Below are positions 18,720 to 32,800 of a stretch of 64,000 nucleotides of DNA, one piece after another. The position numbers and the translations under genes are program-made. The notes under the pieces were generated by a model. The model was not told the DNA's origin. It did no database searches and saw only the letters and a program-made list of their open reading frames with translations. Position 1 is the first letter of the stretch. Each line of letters starts with the position of its first letter. This stretch comes from Antedon mediterranea (Eukaryota; Animalia; Echinodermata): the NCBI RefSeq assembly GCF_964355755.1, contig NC_092670.1, positions 33,530,388 to 33,594,387 of the forward strand. The letters are read 5' to 3'.

Positions 18720-19841
18720 TACGGTCTCCTTAATGTAAATTTAGTATAACAGATAGTGGCCATCTCACGACGCCTTGCTTTTGTAAAATATATTCTCTCG
18801 TCACATACTTATTATTTTGCCAAAGAAACTTCTTACTGACTGTACGCTACTTGGTTGTTAAAGAATAATTACCTCTTATAATACAGTATTCATTGTTCGC
18901 AGTACATGCAGTTATATGCATTGTCGTGGAATATTATACAGATATTGACTGCTTAGAGGTTAAATATAAGATTTGACATCCCCGAGGGAGTGATATTAAG
19001 TTCGAGGGAATATATATTTCCCGAAGCGCCAGCTGAGCCGATATAAAAGGCAATATCTGTTATATTATATAGCCAAGAACAAGTCTGCTGGGTTGGGTTA
19101 AGCTAGGCTAGGCCTCCTATATTTGTATTGTATTTAAACAAGCCTGCCTAGACACCTTACCTTGCGAAGAATAATATACAGATAATTACTAATTAATGAT
19201 TCCTTGGCAATAAAATATTCACTTAGGCCTAGGTCGTTTAAATTAACAGAAGAATTTCCATCAATAAGCCTATTAATAATAATATTATAATCAGGTAGGC
19301 CGAATAAAAATTCGTCTTCTTCTTCTCTTCGAGGAGAGCCGAATCACCGGATGTTCAGCGCGTACTAGTTACTAGGTTACTACACCGTGAGTAATGACCA
19401 ATCACAAACGGTGTTTCATCACATTTAGGGTGGACTAATAACAAATGAGGGCGCTATGTAAGCATAGCTTAAATAGTTTAGAAGATTAATTTCTTCAAGC
19501 AAGTTCAGTGGCGCAGCGGTTGAAGCGTTGTCTTGCGATGGAGTGACAATTCCACCCGAGTTCAAGATCGAGTTGATGACTTTTGTTTATTTATCGGCAC
19601 ACGAAAATTACACAGTCAATATCATCGAACTCGAGAATCTGTTTAATGACAGGGGACACGATAATTACGCGAAAATTACACAGTCAATATCATCGTTCTC
19701 GATTTACGATCCTCGCAGCGGTAGTCATGTGATGCAGTTTCAACCAATCACGTTCGCGTATTTACATAGGCTATGTAATATAACTTGTTATAATATCATT
19801 ATTATTTTTCCTATAGCCTCAAGGTCAAAAGTAACAGGGTC

Positions 19842-20520
19842 ACAGGAAAAAGAATTAATTAATAACATAGAAGAGATGGAAAACAATCTGGCACAACAAG
19901 CATTAGATAATTACAGCCACAGAACACAGAGTAAATGAAATTGACCAAAAAAAAGCACGCCTAGAATACATTCGAAACGAAAAGCTAAATGGGGCCTTTA
20001 TTAGATCTCGTGCTAAGTGGATAGAAGAGGCTGAAAAGCCAACCAAATTTTTCTTAGGTCTCGAGAAAACTAACTTTACGAACAAATTAATAGACGAATT
20101 AATAGATGAAAAAAAAACTATATTGGAGAATAAACTTATAATAAAGGAAGTTGATCATTTTTTTTACAGTTCTTTATATAAAAAAAAGATATAGAGCCTT
20201 AAACGTATTAATAACAAATCAGAACTTCGAAAAAGTTTCAGAAGAAGAGTCTCAAAAGCTTGAGAGTGATTTGACCTTAGCTGAGCTTACAAATGTACTA
20301 AATAAAATGAAAAACAACAAATCACCTGGAACAGACGGCTTTACGTCTGAATTTTTCAAGATTTTTTTGGGGAAACTGGGTGCTCTACTTCTTCGTTAGA
20401 TTATTAAGTACATTGACGAAGATAACTGCTCCTTTTGTAACATTGAAATAGAGTAATATACCATCCAATAGGATTAATTTACTTTTGTCAATACTAACGT
20501 TTTATATATGTATGAGTAAG
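19842..20520 (+). mobile_element. Degenerate L1/Tx1-like ORF2 fragments
   Basis: GALIRSRAKWIEEAEKPTKFFLGLEK, EL..VL.KMKNNKSPGTDGFTSEFFK and CSFCN motifs in broken frames. Confidence 0.8.
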
Positions 20521-20789
20521 TTGTCGGGCCTCCTCTCACCCACCGGCCTCATAAGCTTTGTAAAATATTACTTTACAATTAAAAAGTTTAGATGTTTGAT
20601 TAATAATAGAGCCGGAGAATGGGAAGAGTGGAGTGCCTGGGTTAATCGTCTGTAACATAGATTTGTGTATCACTCTATATAATATTCTGACTTGACGTGC
20701 ACAACTGTAGTTCCATAAGTTTATAAGAGGGTGTTTATATAGGAGAATTGATTATGTATAATTTTTGTATTTTTACTCTGTATGATGTT

Positions 20790-21350
20790 ATGTCTGTTTT
20801 TCTGATCCTGTCCTGCCTTGACTATACTATGCTAACTCGCTCTTGCTTGATGCCCGCGGAGTTGATCTTAAACGATTACAGCGATTGCCTGCAGAACAAG
20901 GCGGCGCGGCTGGTCTTTGCGTGTGGACGGGATCAGACCTCGGATGGTTTATTGAAAGATCTCCATTGGCTTCATATATAAAAAAAAGAATTGTGTACAA
21001 AGTTATTGTTTTTGTTTATAAATGTATTTACTCTGTTGTTTCTTTGTACATTTTTGATTTTATTAAGTTTAACCGTGAACAGCTTTCATTTAATGGTGTC
21101 GACTTCGCTCTTCTAATGATCCCACCCGACTTTTCGTTCCGCGATCTAATCGGAAAGCTGGTGACAATGTTTTTTCTGTCGCCGCTCCGCGTATCTGGAA
21201 CGCGCTACCTGTCGATTTGAGAGGAGCGAATTCTGCACCTCTATTTAAACGTGAACTTAACACTTTTCTTTTTAATTAATTACTAAGTATTGTTAGGCGC
21301 TCTGTTATTTGTAGAACGCCATATAAAAACCTAAATAGAATAGAATAGAA
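20790..21350 (+). mobile_element. L2-like LINE 3' remnant
   Basis: LDY...LKRLQRLQNKAARLV...LHWL.I..RI.YK across frameshifts; (AATAG)n tail at ~21334-21350. Confidence 0.75.
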
Positions 21351-21938
21351 CCAATATGTAATATTTACTTCAGTGTCACCTTGATTTTTAATTTAAACAT
21401 TACAAAATATAATATATGTTAATTTATGATTCAGATATATTTTTATTATTAATTTAATTTAAACCCTTGATGGTAAAAAACAAAACATTCCATGACTTTG
21501 TACTTTCATGCATTTAGTCTTCTATATTAGGAAGATTAATGATTTAAACACCAAATTAGTTCTTTATAATAATTACTTTTTGGTACTTTCCGTACTGGTA
21601 TTATATTGAGACATTTAATTAATTTAACACTAAATTAGTTAACATAAATTATTTTCCACTGCTTTTAAATTTTAGCTTGTAATTTAGTTTTGTCATAATT
21701 TTATATATTTCATCAATAAATTACATTTCGTTTATATGTAAAAAAAATGTACTGGTGTTACAGTATGTTGAGACATAATTTAATTATTCCAAATAATATA
21801 ATAACACTACTAATAATAATAATAATACTAATAACACTAATAATACCAATAATAATAATAATAATGATATTATATTTTTATGAAATATCAATGCTTATAC
21901 ATCTTAGTCACATTTGTCATATTTTTATATTTATAGCA

Positions 21939-23369
21939 TCTATATATACATTTACGTAAGGGCAGCAAAATTCGGTAAATCGCGCGTTATTTCTAGAATG
22001 TTTACTCGATGGTATATAAAGTTGGTTCGTACTTTCGGTACTGATTTTAACCACTTCATGTAACCCTGTTTACTAATTAAATTGAGTTCGATAATTAGTT
22101 ATTGACGATTAAAACGAATTTAGGTTCAACGATTTGCCCCAAATAGGGGTGTTTTTCGATCGTGGTATACACTGTCTAATGGATGTCCGTCTTGAAAAAT
22201 ACCTGCAGACAATAATACGAGGATGCTTCGCATTTTCCTATCTCCTCCTACGATAATTGTTTTTAATGGCTGAAAACCGGTTGAACAGCTCGAGTACAGC
22301 ATCATAATGTTGAAGACAGGCCGATTTTCTTTAAAAAATACTATTTTGATAGATTTAATATACGTTTATACAAATGTATTGATTTGCAATGAATGGAACA
22401 TTCCAATCTCTGTTCCTCAAGTGTTTATTTCCTCATGCGTCGTAAAGGCAAGTACTGTATACTCATAACAGAAATTCGATCCATTTTTTTTTTCAATCTG
22501 TGCTGCAGTGGTTGGATATACATTTTTTAAACGGATAATGAGCTAGAGTTTTCACTCGCCGTATATTATGTACAAATCTTTATTATTGCAATTAAACCAC
22601 CCACATCATCACCCTTCTCTCACTGGCATGAGTAGCGTTGTAAGACCAGTAGAGGATAGGCCTACGGTACATCACATGCCATAAACGCAGAACAACTTTG
22701 GTGGGTAGGGTAGGAACCATGAGTATGAATTGGCTCTAAGAAACAATTGAAAACCATTAGGCCTACTTATTAAGTTGAGTTAGATAATTTAATATTTATT
22801 GACGATTACATCGAATTTATGATTTTCCCCGAATAGAGGTGGTTTTCACAAATTGTTTTACATTATATAAACATATACACGTCGTAGTGATGTATCGTTA
22901 CATGTACTGTACTATTTCAATCGACTTGGACGGTGATAGTTTCAACAAAGTATTACATCGCAATGTTTTACTGTGTTTAGTGGTATATTATTTGTAAAAC
23001 ATGAAAACAATTAATATTTCTAGTTACTAAATAGATAAAGAATATATTTAACAATTGTTCCTCTTTGCACCCATCCTCTTCACATACAAAACACAAATTA
23101 AGTTTGTTTAAATTTGACTTAAACAATTGGTCTCATTTTGTGACAAGTTTCTTTTTCGGAAGTAATTCCCAGGGTGCTAATTTTAGTTGAGTACATAAAT
23201 CACATTGTCTATTTATTCATTCCTGTAAACGACATGTATTTGTCCTGCGGTACGTACATTTGAAATCGCCAGTTTTTTAACGCTGAAATTATTATGTATT
23301 CGAGAACCATCTGTGGGCACGACCTAGATGGTACGCTCGCTTCGCTCGCGTCGCTCGCGTACCATCTAG
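21939..23369 (+). mobile_element. Non-autonomous Helitron
   Basis: A|TCTATATATA 5' end; 3' GC-rich hairpin CTAGATGGTACGC...GCGTACCATCTAG ending CTAG|T; shares GAGAACCATC subterminal motif with 42607-43949. Confidence 0.7.
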
Positions 23370-25264
23370 TTAATATAATATACAGAATTGTGAAAATAAT
23401 GATTAATGATAATTTGGAAACAGAATAGTTTTAGAATTAGTCTAAAGAAGGAAAAATATTCCTAAGATAAGACTCCTAAACAAAAAAAGACCATCTATGT
23501 TTTAAGCTTTCTTTTTTGACTTGGAGAAAAAATTACTAAACAGTTTAATTAGGCCTAATAATGTATTAATATTTAAGTAAAATATGAGGTAAAAAATGTT
23601 ATAATTCCGTACATTTATTTATTAATTGTTATAATGTTTTATGTATAAATATTTTAAGATAACTTTACAATTATATTTCCCCACTCTCTGTTTACACTAT
23701 AAATAAATTCTCATTTGAGCTAATGTTATGTTACTATTTATTGTTTAATTGATAAATATAATATCTTTGAGAAGATTACACCGTGTGAAAGCTGGCTTCA
23801 CTTTGTTGACGCTGCTGCTTTACATACATGAGGACTACTCATTCAGAAGCTGTAAGCAAGCAGCAGCAGTTATCGTTCTAGGGGCCGAGGTTTTTGATAA
23901 TTTGTAAACTAGGACGGGTCATGCTCAAATTACAAACCCCAAAGCACGTTTGGGTGAAGAGAGTCTATGAAAACATTTGCCGTATTATATAGATACATGA
24001 TGTAGACTGTAATCTGTAAAATCTTGTTCAAAAATAATGACTTTGTTCTTGCTGTCAAACTTAGCCAGTATTATAATAATTCAATGTCAAATAATCAAAA
24101 CATTATTTTGGCTGTCTGGGCTGGTATCTACAATGAGTCCCATTTGACTTTCAATCTAGACCGATATTAAAATACTAATAATTACTGAATTATCAAAACA
24201 GTTCATATAATAGTAAAGATTTTGTTTGTAATAGGATAATATTTTTCAGATTTGAAGCATATAGACTTGATGAAGTGACTACCAGACTTGACCTTAGCAA
24301 TACAATAAATTGAGACTGTTTAGTATAATAAAGTACTAATATTTAGACATTATTTTTATTAAAATTATCTAATGAGCACATCATCTTTTACAGATTCAGT
24401 ATTTTGTATTTTTCAATTTCAATTGCACAATTATTATATTATTATATCAAAGTATGAAAAGTTATTCACTTCTGCAACCAAACAAAATATTTATTCACGT
24501 ATAAAAAGATAAAAAACGTTTAATTATACCCCAAAAACCATTGTCTGACAAGACAAATTAAGTATTTGTTTGGTTAACGACGTGAATAACTATTATGTAA
24601 CAATAGAATGACACATTCAAAAACTAATTTAAAATGAAAAATATTTTTCAGGGGGACACTATATCTTTAAAACTGGTGTGTCAACAAGCGAGCGGCGTTT
24701 TTTGTATGAAATATTTCTTGTTTAATGTTATTCTGCAAGTAAGAAAATATTGTACAATACAATATTAAATTATGTTAATATTTTAGAGCATGCCCTCAAC
24801 GTTGAACTGTCTGTTTAGACAAAATTCAATGGTGCTGTCATTAGTAGTGGTATCATTCGGCTAGTGTGTCATCATTATCATCATGTACTTTATAGAACAT
24901 GGTTGCTTTATACTAAATGATATAGGCCCTAAGGTGAGTTTGTTATCAATTGTTAGTTACTGTTTGTTTGCCTATTATTATTGCACATAAAATGTGTTAG
25001 GCTTACATTAAAGACCTTCTACTGACCTACTACTGTATTAAAAAGGAAATTAATTTCTACTAGTCAGAGTGGAATACTATCTGCGAGGACTCTATTATGA
25101 TTATAAAATAAGACCATACCTATGATATCCCAGTTTAATATAGGCCTACGTATTTGTTTGTTGATGTGGGGTGTTAAATTAGCCTACTCAGGTATTCGAT
25201 TTTACATACACAGGCCTACATAGTCACTTCACTGTGTTTTTATTTAAAATCAACAAACTATATG

Positions 25265-25397
25265 TTTTTAGTCGCGTGGACGCGACTCTATAGTTCACTA
25301 TGTCGATCGGTCTGTCGGTCTGTCTGTATGTCGGTCTGTCTGTCGGTCCGGTATCACTATGCGTTTTAGTACGCGACTTATGGCTGTTGGCCTTGTA
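25265..25397 (+). mobile_element. Short Helentron/DINE-like non-autonomous element
   Basis: T-run start, AGTCGCGT..ACGCGACT palindrome, (GTCT/GTCG)n microsatellite, second ACGCGACT near the 3' end. Confidence 0.55.
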
Positions 25398-25761
25398 TTT
25401 TCTTAAAACACTATTGTGTAGAACTTGTTTTATTCAGGTATTCAATTTAGAAACTTAAGATGGTTACCTATATGCAAAAATTGACTTTACCGATTATTGA
25501 AAATTACCAAACACCAATCGATCTATCAATAATAATACGATTTGTTAAGCGTTTAGAAAACTAATCCGTGAACTTAAAAGCTACCAAATCCAGAGAAAAC
25601 CCACATAACTGCATAGACCGACTAGTATATAACTCACATGGGTTCTTAGTTATGTGAGCATCTAACTAGACTAAAATGGAATGTTTCCTAGCTCTGGATT
25701 CTCTAGTAAAGTGGTCTGTCTCGCAAAATTCTAAAAGTAAACTGCTGTACCATGCTGCTGC

Positions 25762-26055
25762 CCGTATTCATAAAAGGGGACTATCCTTAGTTCTGGACTA
25801 ACTAGTTGAGGACTAAGGGTAGTCTTGGACTATCTTTGATACGGTATTTATGAAACCTGGACTAACTATGATTTAAAGTTGTCACACTTGTAACCTACCT
25901 TACCTCAGGCCATCATTTTTCGAGCTATTCTTGAGATAGTCCAGGACTGACTTTATTAAATATACCTCTTGAGTGGACAATCTTTTGCCGATTTTAGTAC
26001 ATGTTTAGTCCAGGTTTAGTCCAGGACTAAAAATAGTCCCTTTTTATGAATACCG
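25762..26055. mobile_element. MITE with ~40-bp TIRs
   Basis: GTATTCATAAAAGGGGACTAT..TTAGT.CTGGACTAA mirrored by TTAGTCCAGGACTAAAAATAGTCCCTTTTTATGAATAC; internal GGACTA repeats. Confidence 0.75.
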
Positions 26056-26878
26056 TTTTATGACATTTTTGGTCTGGCTGTAATTTGGTTGCCTCACGTT
26101 ATGAGCATGTACATTTTGTCCCGTTGTTTCTTAATATATGATGCTTTGTTTTCTGTTTTACATGATCTCTAACACTCTTCTTCTTGTATTTTATTCACCC
26201 TATAGAGTTTATAAGTGTAGTTTGTTACTGATTAACTTTTTACATACTGCATTTCCAGGACTTAATTAATATGAGTCATAATTAGTATTGTGTATATTTT
26301 GATATTCTAAACTAACTTGTAAATGTCACAATGATATGAAAAATAGTAGGGCCATGCTAATAAGCAAAACAAGAAGATCTTCATCAGTGTTATATTTGTC
26401 TTTTATCTTTACCTGTGTCTTTAATTGAATGAAAAAGTATACAATGATGCCAATCCGATGAACATTTGTGTGAAGCAAAACAAGTTTCTGCTTAATACAC
26501 ATAGGCTTGTCATTGAAAGATTAAAGAGGGGGATCTTCTGTGTCCCAATATCTGCGCCACTGGATGATAAACATAATATGTTTATCAATTATTATTATTA
26601 GTAAAATTACTGGCTGATGTACAAATATTGAAATATTACAACCAGCAAAAACTAAAAAAGGAGTATAAACATTAATGTTTACAAGTCATTAAACTATAAA
26701 TTGAACTACTTGAATGAATTATTAAACACTATTATTTGTTTACTAGGGCTTATAATATCTACAATCAATGTATTTGTGTATTTTAAATTCTTAAATTCAT
26801 AGGTCTTGAATTAGGCCATGCCTAACCAATAAGATAAAAACAAAATATTCTTTTCGCTTCAGAACAAACTAACTCAAA

Positions 26879-29800
26879 ATGCTGAACTTCGAAAACAATG
26901 AAGGCACTGAAGAAGAACTATTGATTCTTAAAAACAGAAATTACAAATCGTGTTCCGAAGTGAATGACAATGTGATAAAAGAAAATGGCATTCTTATTAA
27001 AGAAGAACAAACTAATTCTGTGTACAAACGAGAACAGAAAGTTTTAATAACATGCATTGCTCTTTCAAATTTGTTTCAGTACATCTCATGGTCTATCCTT
27101 GCACCGTTCTTTCCAACCGAGGTACTTGTTGTCTTCTTTCTCTACTCTGTAATTGTTTAAATATTATTGTGTCCATCAACAGGTTGATTCTTTAACAGTT
27201 TGCCTGAACAGCACTACCTTCATTTGTTGGGGTTGGGACATTTTAACATTTTTGTTCGAATCAACTTTTTAAAATGTATCCTTGATTTTTTCAGAATTGT
27301 TCATTTTTATTTCATGTTTTAAAATTGTTATAATCATTTACAGCACAAATATATTTTTTTTAATTCATATTTTTTTTTTTATCGATACTATTATTATAAT
27401 TTGAAATTTGTATTTCATAATGTCATTTGAATTATACATATCCATATATTGTAAAAACATTAACATAATAATATATGATTTGACCGAAGGCCGAATAAAT
27501 AGCTTTCGCTTGAATTGTTATTCTCTTATTTTAGTCACTTTTAATGTTCTCAAACACTGCAAAACAGAGAGTTGCAACATGTGTAGGCCTATGTATTTGA
27601 TATTCATATTTTAAAATTCGTTTTCTGTCTAGGCAGTTAGGTTGGATGCCTCACCCACTCAAGTTGGATTGATTTTCGGCATTTATTCCTTTGTACAATG
27701 TTTGTCTTCACCTGTATTTGGAAAATTTGTAAGTAATCTAATTTAATTTTATTAATTAAAGACGTTTGCTATAAATAAATGTAATGACGTTAAACAAAAG
27801 ACACACATTTCGCAACCATCACATGGCCCTTCATTCACGTATTCCCTTTTAAATCGGATAGTACATTCATATAAACAAATACAAAAACAAAGAAAATTAA
27901 TCAGACGCTGATTGTGAACGTACATTTCATATTAAACCATTCTAACTTTTATTAATTTTGTTTTTAAAACTATGAAAGAAGTTCCTTCAATATTTATAAC
28001 AGGAGAGAATCTTATTCGTAATAGACATCATGATTTCGCTTGTACATAGGTAGCTTTATTTATGTAGCCCGTTATGTAATACACTAAATAATTATATTAT
28101 TATTATTATCATAGTATTTTAATAATCAACATATTTTTCTTGAAGTACGGTATGGTAATGCATAGTAATAAGGTGGTAATTATGATAATATAATAACCAT
28201 CTGTCTACCAGCTAGCTTGATAACAAATAATATAATGCTGTATAAAACGATAATACAATTATTATCAAAGTGTGTATGTTGTTTTATTTTTATCGTAATT
28301 TGTTACAAACACGCAGTTTGTATAACAATAATAAGGGTAATTATAAATTAATAATTAATATTAGCCATCTGTGTACCGGGCTTCACAGAAATGTTATGGT
28401 GTTTTAAAATTGATTTTTGAAATGTTATCAATCGTAGAAAGAATTATTTTTGCAAGATATAACAATTAAAATCTTATCATTTTTAACCCACACATATAAT
28501 ACTTACGCACTTAAAGTAAATAAAAATAACTGTATGAAAACATTTCCATTCATATTTGTTAAATTAAAGATATTTCTGTGATTTTTTAAGTATAGTACTT
28601 CCTGTGTTTGTTTGTTAGCACGATAGCCCTACAATCTCAATATATCATTCAGAATTTATATTCACATATATAAAGAACATTAACATTCAAGAAAATCGGT
28701 CCATGCGCCCTCTGTGGCAATATTTTCCAAGTACTTCACTTAGTTTCTGAGTGCTTTAATTAATTTGTTTTACAATCATTTTTTAGCTTCCAGTGATTGG
28801 TGCTCGGTTTATGTACATTGCTGGTTACTTCTTGACTGCAGGGTGCAACATAGTATTTGGGTAAATGTGTATTCATTATGCAACGATGTTTTTAAAATAA
28901 CAAAATACTAAATGTCTGACAGTTAACAGAAAGTTAACAAAAAGTAGTTCTCATTTACTAGTCAAAAAGGGGCAGTATTCCCCACGCACCAACCTGACTG
29001 AAATGGACATGAAAACAAATCTGAGCTATATCATTTATAGTAGACCTTTCTAAAATTACTCATGACATAAGATGAGTGGTGGCAGCAAGATTTCACCTTA
29101 GTAGTGGAGGCTGGTTTGGGAGTCCCTAAACGCATTTCCCAAGCGTTTAATACATTATGCAGTCACTAGAACCAAGTTGCATGTTTTCATTTCCCGAAAT
29201 TAAACAAATTATGGCAACATAATGTACATCAATCTAACACACCACATCAACATATTCCTTTTTGGTAAATTTCTATCTATAACATGTATTAATTTAGATT
29301 TTTAGATAAACTTGATCCGGGTCTTGAATTTGTAATATTCTGTGCAGTTACAAGGTCTTTGGAAGCGTTAGGTACAGCTGCCGTCGTGACGGCTGGATTG
29401 TCACTCATTGCTAACAAGTTTCCAGATGCAATTGGTCAAGTAATGGTAAGCAAAATTTAAATTCTTGGATACAGAATTGTGAAGAGGTATATCAGGAAAT
29501 TGATATTTCTATATGTATCTACTATTACTTGAATTTCTTTTTCTAGGGGACTGTTGAAGTTTTTGTTGGAGTTGGATTGATGATAGGTCCATTTATAGGT
29601 GGCGTCCTGTATGAAGTAAGTACTGCGTTTGATGTTCACCTTTAAGTTATTTATCTTACTGCATTATACAACTCTCCACAACTATAAGGTTATGCAATAT
29701 GACTGTTCAGATGTTAATGTATAGTTAAGATTTTCTGATTTTCAGAGTTCTATATAACTTTAGACCTATTAAAAAATGTTTTTTCCTCAATAAATGACTT

Positions 29801-32800
29801 TCCAATTTTAGAATGGCTTTACTAGATGTAGATATAGTAGATGTCGATAGTGTTTCCAATCCCAACAAGATTAATAATAATAATAATAATGTCTTTTTGT
29901 TATAGATAGGAGGATACACTTTACCGTTTGCTGTTTTAGGTGGAGTAATGCTTCTGCATTCTTTTCTACTACTATTTATTTTACCATTGGATGATGGTAT
30001 GTTTATGTACTCTTAATTGTTTTTTCTAAGTTTGTTTTTAGTAATTTTATAGTTTCAGAAAATTGTTGTTGTATTATTATTATGATAATTCTAATCAATC
30101 AAAGCTGTAAAATTATGCTAATCTAAAGCTTTGTATAGACACTATCAAACTAGTTTGAAAAAAATTGTGATATATGGCGGTAGTGATATACTTAAATATG
30201 GAAATGATATGACATCATCAAGTCCATTATACTGTATGGGCACATCACATTTTGTCATTACTGTAAAGTTTGAAGGTGTATGTAGAGTTTTGTTGCTTTA
30301 TTATAGATGCCATTCGTTATTGTTTGGAAGGTTTACTGTGAGGTTTATTTTTTTTATATCTTGTAAAAACAGACATTTCAGAATCTAGAACTAGGACTTG
30401 CGTATGAAGCATGCTTACAAATAGCAATTAGAATGCGTTTATTAACTCGCAAATGTTTTAAATATTATTTCTAACTTCAGAATATATACGCACACAAAGT
30501 GGCTCATATATTTGGCTTTTGAGTATACCTGGGACTTGGGTTGCTACCTCTGCATCATTTATTGGAGCAGCCTCGGCGACATTTCTAGATCCAACATTAT
30601 CACCTGAGTTAGAAAAGGTAAGTACAGTATTTTTGAAAAATTATGAAAGTTAAAGACTGTAAAAAGACTTGAATGTCCTAGTTGTAAAATATTTAGTTTT
30701 AGCAGATCCAGGACTTCCGAGTTCTTGTTTGTTTGTTTAGATTGTTTTGTGAGAGAAGGTATTAGAAGGGTTTATTAAAAATTAGTAATTTATTTTATAG
30801 TTAAATTGAGTGGTTGGATTGGTCAGTTAGCCGAGTAGACCTTGGATACGCCTATAAAGTTAGTCAAGATAACCTATTCTACCTTACTTATTTGAATTTC
30901 CTTTGCTAACTCTAGTATAATGTCCATAATGCAAATACGCCCACATACATTTTCATGACAAATGGTCATTTGGATGTAGAAAAAAAGTGTTTATCCATCC
31001 TCGAGTCTGTACTCTTTATTTTATCTCTCATCTTTTCATATTTTCCTTATAGTTTAATTTAACGCCTATTCAAGTTGGTCTTGTGTTCTTGTTGATGGGT
31101 GTATCATTCGGTATTGCAGCTCCTATATTCGGATGGCTAGCTGACAAATATAACATTTCACGATTACTCATCATTTTTGGATGTTTTCTAGCCTCTTTCA
31201 GTTATCTCATACTTGGACCATGGCTTCCTTTACATATTCCTCAGTAAGATTTTATTCATATATGTATATTTTATAAATTATTATGGTAGTTTGTATATTG
31301 TAAAATAAAAGATAAAGTAGTTAATATAATCGTACGGCCAATTTCACCAATTGAGTGTGTACACAGTATTGCTTAGTATAGGCTTATGCATAACATGTAG
31401 GCTAGACGTTGTATTTTAATGTTTCAGTCCAAGTTTTGAATAGGAATTATACCCAATGGTGGGCTTATATCAGAAAAATGATGTAGATACCCTATAATTT
31501 GTGTTTTTTCAACTCTTAACACTTTTACTAGTTATTAAGTTATAAGGCGTTACATTACTGTTGTGTGAGAAACGTAGAGCCTTTAAGATGGGCGATCGAC
31601 TCTAATCGTATGAAAATATTGACTAGAGAAATTAAATCTGAAATAATGAAACAGAAGAACATTTATAGGAAAAAAGTTGAACATAACTTCAGGTCTAATA
31701 ATATGAAACAAGTTTGACAGGGTATGAAACTTATGAGTGGTTACAAGAACGGTGGTAATACACCCACCTCGATTCCGAAAGTTACTGTGCAATGTTAATG
31801 AGTTAAATAGAAAGAAAGAGAGGCTCTATTTAGCTTGTGTCGGTTGACTGAAGATGATCCCAAATTTAGTATAAGCATTTCTGATGTACATAACGAATTC
31901 ATGAAACTCAATTCATTGAAGGCTGCTGGGCCGGATAGAATCCCACCACGAGTACTTAAGGTCTGCTCTCCTCACCTTGATGGTATAGTTATATTTTTTT
32001 CAATATGTTTCTTTCTTATCATGCGTTCCCGGATATTTGGAAACTTTCATGCATAATACCTGTACCTAAGAAACCTACGATTAACAGCATGAATGATTTG
32101 AGACCCATCGCACTCACGTCTGTCGCGATGAAAATATTGGAACGTATTATTTTAAAAATTATGAAACCTTATGCTGAAAAAGTGTTAGACCCGTTGCAAT
32201 TTGCTTACCGATCACTCTCCGTAGTACCAGTGATGCGATATATTTTAAATTACATAAATTGTATTCACATCTAGATATATGTAAAGAAAGGCCACTCGGC
32301 ACGTATTATGTATTTTGATTTTCAGTCTGCGTTTAATACCATACAACCCCATATCCTAGCAGACAAAATGTTGAATATGGAGTTTCCCCGTCCGATTGTT
32401 CGTTTAGTTTTAAATTTCATTTGTGATAGAAAACAATTTGTTAATATTAATGGTGTTAAGTCAGAAATCGTAACCTGTGACACCGGTATTCCTCAGGGTA
32501 CTGTCAACGCACCTAATTATATTCCTTGTATACGGCCGATTACAGATCTTTAAATGATGAGCTTTGCCCCGTTGGTAAATTCGCTGATGACACTAGTACT
32601 ATTGGTCTCATAGTTTTAAACAATGATAAAAATTATCGTAGCGAAATACAAATATTTGTTAAATTTTTTGACGATAATTATCTCCAAATAAGCGCATCAA
32701 AAACAAAGGAGATGATCATTGATTTTAGGACTAAACATAAATTTAATTTTCAACCAATCATTATCAAAGGTAAAGAAATTGAAATTGTTGACCAGTACAA

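Larger units (their letters stand above)
171..19841 (+). pseudogene. SLC18B1-like transporter pseudogene (copy A; 5' part lies outside the window, 3' part missing)
   Basis: Exon remnants 171-247, 966-1098, 1566-1632, 17804-17888 and 19817-19841 match exons 3-7 of copy C, and introns match too. Lesions: in-frame TGA at 1078-1080 (GGA in copy C), 15-nt deletion in exon 4, 67-nt frameshifted exon 5 (69 nt in paralogues), exon 7 broken off by a LINE fragment, Polinton in intron 5. Confidence 0.9.

Noticed and set aside
19505-19575. tRNA gene
   Set aside because: Only A/B-box-like words; I could not fold a cloverleaf.
21747-21959. Ile-rich 70-aa membrane-protein ORF
   Set aside because: Product of an (ATA)n microsatellite.
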